A stretch of DNA of 63,117 bases, counting the filler, from Klebsormidium nitens (lineage: Eukaryota; Plantae; Klebsormidiophyceae): the NCBI GenBank assembly GCA_000708835.1. It is 6 parts of 6 records of this genome, joined end to end, with 100 filler letters (N's around TTAATTAATTAA, not from the genome) between each part and the next. Parts side by side here need not be neighbours in the genome. Positions count along the whole stretch, not along the records: positions 26,215 to 48,420 come from DF237897.1; positions 48,521 to 58,069 come from DF237658.1; positions 58,170 to 60,908 come from DF238646.1; 3 more parts are not named here. One strand, written 5' to 3'. The position numbers were made by a program, and so were the translations under genes. Positions 47,046 to 58,516 of the stretch are shown piece by piece. The stretch's first letter is position 1; the number at the start of each line of letters is the position of its first letter. The notes below the pieces were generated by a model. It was not told where the DNA came from. It worked only from the letters and a program-made list of their open reading frames with translations, and searched no databases.

Positions 47046-48420
47046 GTTACGAGCATAAGAAACGCATCCAACTCCGGAGACTGTTTTCTGTCCGTGAAGC
47101 AAGGCCCTACGCCTGACCTTCAGTCAGGTAATTCCCTCTAGGTTTCCTGACGTCTCATTTTGCTTGAATATTCAGTACATTCCAGCAAACGCTCTCTCAT
47201 GCCACAGCGCTTCTCAACTTCTCTGTCCGAGCTACCGTACAGATTGATGAAGGCCGCTAACATTTTGCCGGTAGGCTGGCTTGCTGTACCAAGTGTAATA
47301 TTCATGTTTTCAAGCGCGAGCGAGGCGCATTCGGTGTCAATCACAGCAACGTAAGCTGGCCCGCTTAGAAGAGTGTCGCGTTGCAACGACGATCGTCATT
47401 CGCAAGTTTTCCTCGATTCCAGCCTTTGGTGCCACATTGATATGTTGCTGTTAAGCAGCCCCTAATCAACTTTGCTCTGCAGGTGCATGCCCTCAACTTG
47501 TCACTCGGGCGACTCTTTCAGAGAAGAGACCTGCAGAATCCAAGAAAGTGATTTCAGGTCGGGGTGACGCTCCTTCGTCCGTCAAGCAGCTCTGGTACCT
47601 CAAATAAGTCTTCAAGCGGTTTTGAGCTTCATCAACATAAGAGCAGACGCGGCAAGCGTGCAACACTTATGTATAGCCAGCAGATAAGTTCTCAAACGAG
47701 CCCTTGACTTGAGGTTTGGAGGCGTGCCATTGCGGGCGTGACCGATCCCGTCCGGTCAAAGACACATATATTTTGAATCACACGTACACGTGCCTAGCTC
47801 CGACATACTGGCGTGGTCCCTGCATCGCGAGAGGTCAAATACCGTCCCGATTATGCACTGGCATTCCATCGTAACACAGCTAGTCCGACACTTAATCGTG
47901 TCTTATGGGAAACGTATGGAGGATTTCGTGGCACCGAAAATTGTGCGTACAACAGGCTGATTGGTGAGATGTTCCGGAGTCCCAACGCTCGACTCCGGCA
48001 AATCATCGAATTTTCGGCACAAACCTTTTTCATAGTTCCTTAACAAAAGTTAGAAAGTCCCTGCACCCCTCCTGCATGGCATTCAAGTCAGCGATATCGC
48101 CAAAACACAGCTATTGCGGGAGCGAAAATCTGCACGATTGCATGAGGTATCAGAACTCAGGCTGAATTACTGCCTTGAACGATGCTAGCTAGTGACAGCT
48201 GGTTGTCACGCCAGATTGGCTCCTTGCCATAGCGTGTCCTGAGCGTGCGCGCGCGCGCATCGCGCCGCCGCCGCCACAGGCTCATAGCCTATGCACGGCC
48301 ATAGTCTATTCATGTTGGACCCTTCGTTTATTGAGGTCCATGCATTTTGGCCCCTTTGCATTATTCGCATTTAATGCATGGCGCAACCCTTGACCCCCTC
48401 AAGGGGGATACCTTTCGACT

Positions 48421-48520
48421 NNNNNNNNNNNNNNNNNNNNNNNNNNNNNNNNNNNNNNNNNNNNTTAATTAATTAANNNNNNNNNNNNNNNNNNNNNNNN
48501 NNNNNNNNNNNNNNNNNNNN
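48421..48520. other. Artificial contig linker
   Basis: N44-TTAATTAATTAA-N44. Confidence 0.98.
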
Positions 48521-48579
48521 CGCGGTCAACGAAATCCTGTCGAGAACGAGGTTAGGCTTAACCAGTCGTAATCGTTACA
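48521..48579. mobile_element. LTR-end fragment inserted in the Plavaka-like transposase
   Basis: Identical to 12966-13024, ends in TTACA, and directly abuts transposase-gene sequence. Confidence 0.6.
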
Positions 48580-48580
48580 A

Positions 48581-50912
48581 GCATACTGGAGATCACATGC
48601 AAATACTCGACAGTCCAAGCTGTCCTCGGAAATACAAGGACGTTCAAGATGCCCCTTGCCAGAAGAGCAGGCGTCCTACAATCATTCCAGCGAATGTATC
48701 ATTGTTTACCTTGAGCCTGGGATAGACACCGGTCCTTGTCGACTCCTTTTGAGCATCCCCTGCGGACATTTGCCGCATTTCCCGTCTGTGCGTCTGCTTG
48801 CCCGCGACGGTCCGTGTTGGATACCCTAGGTTCCTTGCCGCCCGCAGGTCTGCATACTTTGCCAATGGCACCTGCCAGGCCGCACAATGCTTCGCCATCA
48901 CCCCAGCGACAGTATATTGCTCCCCAAGGTCCATCGCGAAAATGAAAAGCAGGGGGTAAACCTTCCTAACTTCCCCGCTTGGATCCTTGCACATCAGGCC
49001 GGTGTGACCAGCTATCCTGAGGGAGTTGTTGAAGGTTGCCAGACCCTTGTTCACGTAGTAGCGTGCCTTGTACCTGTCAAGCATGGGTACTCTCATGAGT
49101 ACGCTCATCGGAAGGAGTCAATCAAGAACGTAACGACCGACGACAACTAGGTGCTCGCAGGAACAGAAGAAATCTTGCATTGTTGAGCTTTTGTAGTTCA
49201 GAAGATTCGGAGGCAGGTGGCATACTGAAGGATTTTCAATGAGAGCAGATATGGTTGGTCAACCTGCAAAGTTAGCCCAGGGCAGCGAGATGACTGAGCT
49301 TCTATGACGGATTCTGACAACGTAGTTATGAGGTATGACCATCAGCTGTACTTCCTTACTTGAATTCAGGGGAATCCTTCGTCCAGCCCACGGCAAAGGC
49401 TTCCGGCTTCGGAATGGGGAGGAGAGCCACAAGAACATAGCCTTTCCGTGCCTTTCCGATGAACTTCCGGGAGTAGTTGCCAAGAGACATATACAGAGGC
49501 GCCATGATATAGTTTCCCACAGCGTCAAGGTGGGTCTTGTCATAGTGCAGGATGTATGGACACGCGTACACCGCGGGTTTTTCCATCCCTTCCGGCTGCT
49601 CCTTCTCCTCCTCGCGGTCAACAACCTGCAGATTACGAAGGGGAGTAAGCAAACAGAAAGTCGCCCCTGGCATGGAGGACCTACTGACAAGCAGTACTGA
49701 ACAGGCCCCCAGGCGCAGCGGATCCCAACCGGGAACCATTGAGAGGCGGTTTCTGCTTTCGTGCTTACCAGCTGGTTTGCCTTCTCCCACCACGTCCCTC
49801 TCTTGACCTCGCCGTAGATGCGCACATGTCCTCCCTCAGCATTCCGTCGAGTTTTATCCACCAGAGGTTTGGGGCGGAGGAAGAAACCGTCGGCAGCGTC
49901 CGGTTCGCTGAACATGTGCTTGAAAGCATCTGTACCTTCAATGTATGCACACCAGAGAGGGCCTGGGTCTCCGGCCTCAGCTAGATCCACCATGTTCACC
50001 TTCTGCAAGAGGAGACAGGTCGTAATCAGGAGTATGCTGAAAAGCTAAATGATCTCAAGAACCCTTGGCCTTTACAATGTCCCATGTCGTCCGCGGCGAA
50101 TCATGTCCAGTGCAGAAGATTTTATGATAGTGCAACAGAGACTTCTCAACTAGACCAACATGCAGCAACTTCCGGGGTCTTACTAACATCACATCTTCCG
50201 TTACATCGTTGGAAGGATTGGACGGGATCCTTGCATGAAAAACAAAGAAACTTCTGCCTTTCTCCATGTCTATGCTGGATCGTATACTCACCGTTGCAAT
50301 TGTCATCTCGGCCAACATCTTGGTAACCCTCCCAGCGTCTTTCAGCTCCTTGGCCACCTCACTCGGGTCGTAGTTGTCATGGTTTAGGACGCAAAGTATC
50401 CGGTTCATTCCCGCAGGGGTGAGCGGCCTCTGCCTGCGGCCGGCTGTCTGGAAAGCAAGGACCAACTCTTCCACACTGTCGAATTCGCGCTCCGTTTTAC
50501 TGGGCCCTCCCTCGTTGAGGCCCCCTGTATCGCTCTCCGCCGCTCCCCCCTCTCCTTCCTCTTCAAACGCTGCCTCAACCATTGCGTCTACTTGCGCTTC
50601 AAAAGGTTGAGGCGCCTCTTCTTCCGGGTCCCACGTATCGCCGCCGTCTTCTTCCTCGGCGTCCCGATTATCGCCGCCGAGGTCTTCCCATTCGTCGGCA
50701 ACGGGCTCCTGCTTTTGCTTCTTGGCCTCATGTTGGCCGCCGTCATTTGTCTGGATCTCGCGAAGCATCTTTGCCATAACCTGCTGGGCGATGCAGAAGT
50801 TGGAAGTCTCCTCATGGGATCTCCGGGCTGCTCCACTGGCGAAGCATTTATGACAGTATTGGCACTCATTGAAATCGGGCGGCGCCCTGCGCGCTGGCCC
50901 ATACTCGTTCAT
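48581..50912 (-). mobile_element. Intron-containing Plavaka-type (CMC-related) DNA transposase gene with an N-terminal C2H2-like finger, truncated by the LTR/contig edge
   Basis: Exons 50912-50292, 50002-49769, 49625-49360 and 49073-48710 are phase-consistent. Motifs: CQYC..F..RRSH; IYGEVKRGTWW; ILHYDKTHL..GNY..APLYMSLGNY; YVLVALLP; IAGHTG.MCKDPSGEVRKVYPLLFIFAMDLGEQ. Confidence 0.8.
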
Positions 50913-51974
50913 CTGAGCAGGTACAGGGAGTTGAGATCATCTAAGTCAGGGGCGTGAACCTGGAAGTTTTGCAAGCAATGGTGGCTGTTGCTATATCAAT
51001 CTGTGACCAGCTGTGCACACTCAAGGCAACAATCTGGCCAGTATCATCCGTCACAATCCTTTTTCTTCTTGGAAGGAGCAGCGTACAAAAAAATGAAGTT
51101 AGGTAAGACACAGCCGTATTAGTATGGAGCAACACCCACTGGCAGGGCGTTCGCACGATCAGGTAGGGCCAAAATTGTCTCAGCATTTACAAAAATAGAC
51201 ATAACCGGCCGCCATTTTGTCGCAATTTGACCAAATCGAGTTCCGTTTTTTGCATTGGGTGCCCCTATGGTATCTTTAACCCGTACCAGACTCAGTTTGG
51301 TCAAAAGTGGTCGGCACCCGGTAGATACTTGCACTGCCCGGTACAAACCGAGGTCCAAAGGAGCAACCCACGGAAGTCCAAGCTAACGTCGGAAATTTTT
51401 GATGTCACTTGATCACTAGAGCCTACTAAGGTAGATCTTGTGCCCCACGGGCCTACTTCCGAAATTTTCGTTCAGATACTACCTCCACGGATGTCATAAC
51501 CGGGTACCAGATTTCAACCGGTTCCTTAACCCACACTTGCTGTCCCGTAGCAACCGGGTCCCAACGAATTCTTGAAATCTGAAAACTTGGGGCACAAGAT
51601 TCACCTTTATACGAGATAGTTGCCAAGTATCGCCTTCAAATATTTAGATTGGGTTGGACTTCTATGGGTTGCTCCTTTCGTTCTCTAAAATGTTTGAATC
51701 TCTACCGGGCACTCGCAATTCCAACCGGGTCCGGACCCAATTTTCAAAAGCTACCGGTTGGTCGTCGAAAGGTACTTGTGAGCAGCCTAGTAGCAAAAAA
51801 CCGACCTCGATTTGGCCACGTTTCGAGTGGTTGGTGATAGGAAACGTGTTACCCGTACCGGGCCGAAAACGGGCAAAGTGCTGACATACAGTGTAAACAG
51901 TGGGCCGTACTCGACCTGTACATGTGTACTTTTCGACCGTCCGAGTGTACATTTTCGAAATTCCCGGGGGCACG

Positions 51975-52033
51975 GACCCACGGGAAGGTCTTGGGTTCGA
52001 TCCCCACCAAGAACGCCAAAAACTTTTCTTTTT
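51975..52033 (+). promoter_or_regulatory. tRNA T-arm/B-box-like motif followed by a T-rich tract
   Basis: GGTCTTGGGTTCGATCCCCACC (B box 51994-52004), similar to the cassette at 13645-13667; no clear A box. Confidence 0.35.
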
Positions 52034-53684
52034 ACCATGCCGCAACGGAGCTAACAATAGGAGTGCCGGAATTGGCCTTACCTGATCCTGCGAACGCCCG
52101 GCAGGTACCTACTACCTACTTCCTGTTGACAGAAGACCAACGCTCATACTGCTCATACGGTACTACCTATACCGTCACTCTGGGCATCTTCAAGTAGGTG
52201 TAGAAATGCAGCTCTAGGAAATGGCGGGACCAATTTTTGACCAAAGGGCTTATTCACACTGAGAGGTTGGTCAAAATTCCGGTGGCACGGTTGCAGTGTG
52301 CATTGAGTGCGGCCCAAGGTACCAGTGGGTACCTGGCAATGGCGCATCACGACTCCTTTGAGCTCTTTTGACATTTTGAGAAGGGTACAAACTTTGGAAG
52401 GGGCGAGGGACGAGGCGAAACCTGCTTTCAAGAGGGAGTGTCAGGAGGCTCATGCGCAGTTTGACGCTCAAGAAGAAAGGAACTTTTGCTCACTATTTAA
52501 CAAGCGCAACATGAGGGAAATAAACGTGCTTCCTGTTGGTGACAAAAATGGACATGACGCAGAGGCAGTTCATTCAGAGCACGCAAGCATCAGTCGAGCA
52601 GGTGCTGGAAATGCAGGGTCACATGGCGGACATGTCAGCACTGCGTTGGGGGGAGGTGTTGCAGCATGTTCTGGGGATGGAGTCCGGTCCCAGCAAGCAG
52701 ACGCATCAGATGATGCAGCACAGCAGGTGAGTACCTATGCAGGTAGTGGGCATGCAAGTTTCATTACCCCGCCTACCCCGTAGTGGTACGGGAAATTCGC
52801 ACCAGCCTCGTACGAAAATCATTGTATTTTGTTTTTCCATTTTGCAAATTGGGTTAAGTCTAACGTTCAGCCCGTAACGAGCCGATAACAGGATACTCTA
52901 GGGGTGATATAATTCCGGACTTTTCGTACCGAGTCCGCCAGAATAATTTTTGATGCGAATTCCCCGTGCCACCACGGAGGATTTCAGGTACGTAATAGGT
53001 ACCTACGGTAGGCATAGTACCTAGGCCTAGGTACCTAGGTACCGTCTCGATTTCAAGTTGACTAAGGGCATGTTGACTACGGAAAGCACCCGGGGGACAG
53101 TTATGGTTAGTTTTGAGGATAGGTGCGGAGCGTTCGCGATTTATCGGGTCAGATTTTAGGTTCGGTCGTGCCCCCGGGCACTGTCTGGTCAAGTTCCGTT
53201 TACCGTAGTCAAGATGAAATCGAGAAGTACTATGACTCGGAGGTCGGTTCACGGGTACCTACTAAGTACTGACCGCCGCGCGCGGGAAGCGACTTTGAAT
53301 TAACGGTACGTACCAGGTATTTCTAAGCCTCTCCACCCGACAGGACGTGAAATTCAAATGCGCGAGATAATCAGCCGTGAGATAAGCAAGATTCGAGATC
53401 GAACGGGCCTGCACACACCTTGAAATTTGAATCGGGCGCCCTCGGGACGCGGGTTTTGCTCGTCATGTAGGTACCGACACCAGCAACAGATCACTCCCTC
53501 CATTTCAATCTCATACTACCTATCTACCGTAGGTACCGGTCCCTACTGTCCCTGTAGGCTGTGACTCTTTGAGATGGTGCCAAGAGGGCGCCGAGAGCTT
53601 CAAAGGTTGCAGTGAGGAGGGTCACAGTGCTTCCGTGGGGCTTCTAAACAGCAAGGTCTTTAAGTCCTTTCACGTTGGAGCAGC

Positions 53685-56600
53685 ATGGCGTCCAGAATGG
53701 CACGCCAAAGAGAGGAGATCATACAAAGCATGGCGAAAACCAAAAGCGGGCAGACGATTGACGAGCCTTTCTCGAAAACCCCACCTAAATTGAGGAAGGG
53801 AGGCAGAGTGATAAAGTCATCTGTACAAAAGTCCTTCCAGGAAAACAACGGCAAGAAACTTCCAAAGGGGCCTAGAGTTTATGGGAGACCTGAAGCGAGG
53901 GCAGACGAAGACCCAGAGGATGACGAGGAGGAGAGGCTGGGTGATGATGACGAAGGTCCTGTTGCCGCAGGATATGCGTCTGATTAAAATCAGTACAATG
54001 TGCACTGCAGGCGGGAGGCGAAGCCCACTCAGAAGGGGCAGTTGGTTGGCGTGGAGCAACCTCTCATTGGCACGTATGGCAGGATGAGCCAGGAAGAAGC
54101 AAGAGATTACGAGCCAAAGGTGATTTTTTGAGTTGCCATCTGCAGACTTTCGCTCTCCAAAAAGAAGGATCTATGCATCTGCAACTGTGGAGATGGTGTG
54201 AAGTAGCTAGTGCAGCTTTGCAATTGGGAGGACGCTGATGAGCTGGTGCTGGATAGATGCTTATACTCCCAAGCACCAGATACTTGCAGATGGTATTCTA
54301 TCCTCAATCACAGAATCTATGCTTAGTTGTGCCACTTAATAAGCACTAGGTAGTCCAAGGGCATCACAGATTCAGATTGGCCCCCTTGTTGTTCTGTATG
54401 TAGACCGCTCCTTGAATATTCAACTTCGCTTGCAGATGCACATGTACAAGCGTAACATCTGCTGGGAAAACATAGCGGGGCATTGGCGAGATGCACAATT
54501 TACGCCACTCCCGATGAGTTGGTGGTCCAGTTTGTGCAGACCGCATATCCAGATACACTGAGCGCGGACCTACCAGTTGCAGAGAAGGTAAGGCGTCTGC
54601 GTCGGTGGGTTTGCTAGGACTACGAAGTTGCTGATGGTTTGCAGACTCTGAAAATAGCACCTGGGCCAGAGCATCATACAATTCTGTTACTTGAAGTGGC
54701 AGATTGAATGCACTCTTTTCACATTCTGCATATGCGACGGTTGACGGTTTAGTCTTCTAGCCATGTGAGCATAGACTATCGTCTTCAGACTGTGCTTCCA
54801 GCGAAGTTCCAGATGATATAGGGGCCAAGGCACGGCCTCACGAGTTTGGCGCAAAGAAAACCTTTGCAAATCTTGACTTCCCTGTTGGCTTCGTCAAACA
54901 GATGCAAGAAGCCTCTAGGTTCTTGGGGTCGCCCCTGTACAAGAAGCTAAGGGTGGATTTCCGACATTGCATCAACTCCTACCGGTCGGAGAAGTCCTCT
55001 GGTACCTCAGGCCTAAAGAGGGCAGCGAGAGCAGAGTGGGGCCTTGATAAACTTGAGGAAGATGACAAAGATGCATATCGAGCGAAACTTGCTGACCTCT
55101 TGGAAGGCAAGTTATTAAACCTTTTGAAGTTGGTTGCGTGCTTTGGCCCATTGCATCAACATTTACTGAAGCAAAGCTGTTGGTGCTGCAGTCGACCTCT
55201 GACCTCTTGTCTCGTACGTCCATTGATTCCTGTGCCAATGCAAAAGGTCGGTGTATAGACTGTAAAGTTGGCTGCGAGCTGTGAAGATGAAGCAGATCCT
55301 CTCCTACCATCGTTCTGCAGCCTTTGGGTTGTCAGCATCCTTATGTTGAAGGCGTCAATCTATATTGGTAGATATCTCCCTTTGCTACTTTTGTGTCCGA
55401 ATCCTTTGAATGCGTCGATACTCAAATCTGCAACCCGTGCTTACTGCTATGCAGATCGAGCTTACCACGTTGGGAGATTCAACACCCCTCTGGCCAACCC
55501 GGCCTTCATCAAGATCATCAAGAAGACATGTGGAACGGTCAGGATTCCAATGGAATTGCTGACATGGAGCATGTGTGTGGTAAGTCAACCCGTGTGGAAA
55601 TGATGGTGCTGTATTGTTCTGCACTCGAAACATGTGCTTCTCTACAACGTCAGTAAGGGAGGTCATCGGGCTTTGAAGACCTTCATAGGGAGTCTCAGAA
55701 ATTGCTAGCCAGTCACGAGTGCTCTTAAGGTTGGAGTCTGTCCGGATTATTTGGTCATCCATGCTTGAGTAGGTTGAGACCGTTCAAGTAGTTTTAGTTA
55801 GTGGTTGCCAGATGATGAGAAGGCTAAGATTCTCAATCCCTTTCTGAGTCTAGTTTTCATACCATATAGCCTGTGACACGCACAGGAATTGGGAGTTTTG
55901 GCCCTGTCGAGACGTCTTCGTATTCAATTTATCAGGGATGATGTTTGCTGCCCATATTTAGTTGGCCGGAACATTGCTGCAGCCAATAAAACGTGTTTGG
56001 GATGACCTGCGATTCGTTTGAGAACCCCACTTCTGCTCGTCTGAAGAGCTGAGGCCTTCAGACAAGACAAACCTGCATTCAGACACGTCTGCTGGTTCTG
56101 CTGCAGCTGGAGGCGTTCTTCGTGGGCAAGAACATGGACAACGACCACAGTAGCAACCAGGACAAGATGCTGATCATAGGCGTTCCGCTCAAGGCGCAAC
56201 TCCTAAACCTGTCGCAGCGGCAGAAGCGCGAGCCGCGAGTGGAGATCAGGCCGAAGACACGCATTAAGGTAGCCGAGTATCTTCAGCAGAAGAAGGTGGA
56301 AACCGTCAGCAGGAAGCGGAAGCGGAACGAGAGACGCGATTTCTCTGGTATGGACATCAGTGCTGCTGAGGCTGAAGCCATGGAGCCGGAGGCTGAAGCC
56401 ATGGAGCCGGAGGCTGCGGACGAGGCTGCGGACGAGGCTGCGGACGAGCCTGCGGACGAGGCTGCGGACAAGCCTGCTGACGAGGCTGCGGACGAGGCTG
56501 CGGACAAGTCTGCGGACGAGGCTGCTGTGCCCGAGGCCGAGAGGTTGAACGTTGCCCTGCAGGAGGCTGACGACTTGCCCCTGGGCAACGCTGGTAGAGT

Positions 56601-57575
56601 GGATAAAGACGCTGTGCCTGCTCCGGAGCCACCAGGTAATCATACGAGTCTTAAAGTTTGGTAAACAGAGCTCCACCTTCGGATCATATATATTCCCTCG
56701 TCAGAGCATTCGTGGTTGCCTCCTTTTCTCTGCAATGCTTGAACCACAGTGAGTATCCTGTACTCCTCGTACCCGTGATCCCCAGTGATTCGATGGTGTT
56801 TCTTAGTCCTCGAAGTGATCCTTCTAGGCAAGGTTGTTCAATCGGTTGCAGCCTGTGATGTGAAGCAAACGCCCTTCTTCACAAACGTTGTCATCCTTGA
56901 ATATTCGTTTCAATCCGGATTACTCCTGGACCTACTCCTGCAGGCAGCGCCAAGGTTGGCAGCCGCCACGGCAGTGAAATGAGCGGTGGAGTGCTTCCAT
57001 CCGCCTCCACGGGAGAGCACACTGACGGGCTGAGGCGCTCATCCCGTGCGGGCACACCCGAAAAGGACCCCACAGGTCCGGATCCAGCTGAAGTCAACTC
57101 CCCATCCCCAGCCGATCGCGGAGGCGAACAACCGCCCTCTCAGAAGCGAAAGTTGTCCACATCAAGCGGGGGTGTAAGTTTCGCTTGTAATATCCAGGGC
57201 CCCACTTTTTTGCAAGACATGTACACCATTTTGGATCCTCTTGAGTTCGAGGGCTGTGGCCACACAAGGAACAAAGCAAGATGGAGGGTCTTCAATGAGA
57301 GTTATGTTGAAACTATGGAAGAGCATACGAAGAGCGGTGTCGCTATGCAGTTTAGATGCATTTCCGAGTTGCTTCTTGAAGGGATGATAAGACGTCGGAA
57401 CTGTCGTGAGCGAAGTTGCTGCTGGGCTGAAAACGAAGATCTCCTGGGATCCTCGGTGTCGTGCTGTTCTCTTTCTCAGTCTGCGGCGTGGCATGTCACT
57501 TTTTCTGTCAAAGCATTTCTGCTCGACAGCAAAGGGAGTATTCTGCAAAGATTATGCGACGTGTCCAGGCCTTAA
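53685..57575 (+). CDS. Probable multi-exon, possibly decayed, transposon accessory gene transcribed away from the Plavaka transposase
   Basis: Exon-like blocks: 53685-~53980 (basic then acidic), ~54900-55130 (AARAEWGLDKLEEDDKDAYRAK, HMG-like), ~55450-55579 (GRFNTPLANPAFIKII; donor GTAAGT), 56107-56635 (RKRKR, AADE repeats) and ~56944-57172. The full splicing path was not resolved. Confidence 0.4.
56368..56525 (+). repeat. Coding minisatellite: 2 x 21 nt (EAEAMEP), then ~9 x 12 nt (GAGGCTGCGGAC; AADE)
   Basis: Directly visible tandem array inside ORF 56122-56664. Confidence 0.9.
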
Positions 57576-58069
57576 GCACCGAGGTTGGTAAAAACTGATC
57601 AGCAGTGCATACCCAGGACGTTGGAAAGCTGACAAAGCTCTGTCCGCCAGCTTGAGAAGGCATGCAAGTCGCTTCCCTGACGGACAAGCTGCGGTGATTC
57701 GCTATGGGACCACTATGCTTGGGCAGTGCTAACTTGTTAACCTGCGGTGTCGTACAGGGCGTGTCGCAGCTCTTGACGTTCACAGAGATTGAAGAAGAGT
57801 CCCTGCAAGCGGTCGCGAGCGGCAGGAATAAGTAAATCTTGCTGTAACGACGACGGCGACCTTTTGTCGCCTGCTCACTGAACACTCAATCGCATCGTTC
57901 GTGTGGTTAGTGTTGCGAGGTTTGAAAAGTATGGCCAACCTCGTTCACAGGCACGACGTTCTGTGCGCTTGATCATCACTCAATGTGCCTTTTTGATGCA
58001 GCGGCACGCTTCTCGTTGCATACAAGAACCAAGACATCACGAGACAAATTGCCAAGAGTCTTCTGGCGC

Positions 58070-58169
58070 NNNNNNNNNNNNNNNNNNNNNNNNNNNNNNN
58101 NNNNNNNNNNNNNTTAATTAATTAANNNNNNNNNNNNNNNNNNNNNNNNNNNNNNNNNNNNNNNNNNNN
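58070..58169. other. Artificial contig linker
   Basis: N44-TTAATTAATTAA-N44. Confidence 0.98.
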
Positions 58170-58354
58170 CTAGCGATCAGGTTTGAGTTCCCAGTGTTAC
58201 TCTTCGCGGCATTGAAGCCCAAAAATATGTTCTGAGTGCCACCCGCATCCACGCCCGTGCCCTGCCCTACCGCGACCGAAGTGCCGGTCGAATCTGTGAC
58301 GTACGAGGACGACGAGGACGCGCCCAGACGGCCGGTGAACGGCAGGCTCGACAT
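58170..58354 (-). CDS. N-terminus of a Gly/Asn/Thr-rich beta-repeat protein resembling large-DNA-virus fibre or surface proteins; truncated by the contig edge
   Basis: ATG at 58354; VAVGQGTGVDAGGTQNIFLGFNAAKSNTGNSN fits the N.F.G..A...NTG..N repeat style. Only ~60 aa are visible. Confidence 0.45.
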
Positions 58355-58516
58355 CTCTTCTACGGGACTTCCTCCGAACCGGAGCTAAGGTCTAGGATCG
58401 ACTTTAAAAATGCACCTCGAGACGCACGCCCTCGCCCCCTCGCGACGGGCATAAGGAAGCGGCCACATCAACGTGGACCACCCTATCAAGCCCCCCCTTA
58501 AGGAGGACCTTTAGCG

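Noticed and set aside
47046-47620. Candidate terminal exons of the TPR-ANK gene
   Set aside because: Several acceptors and phases are possible and none is clearly supported without transcript data.
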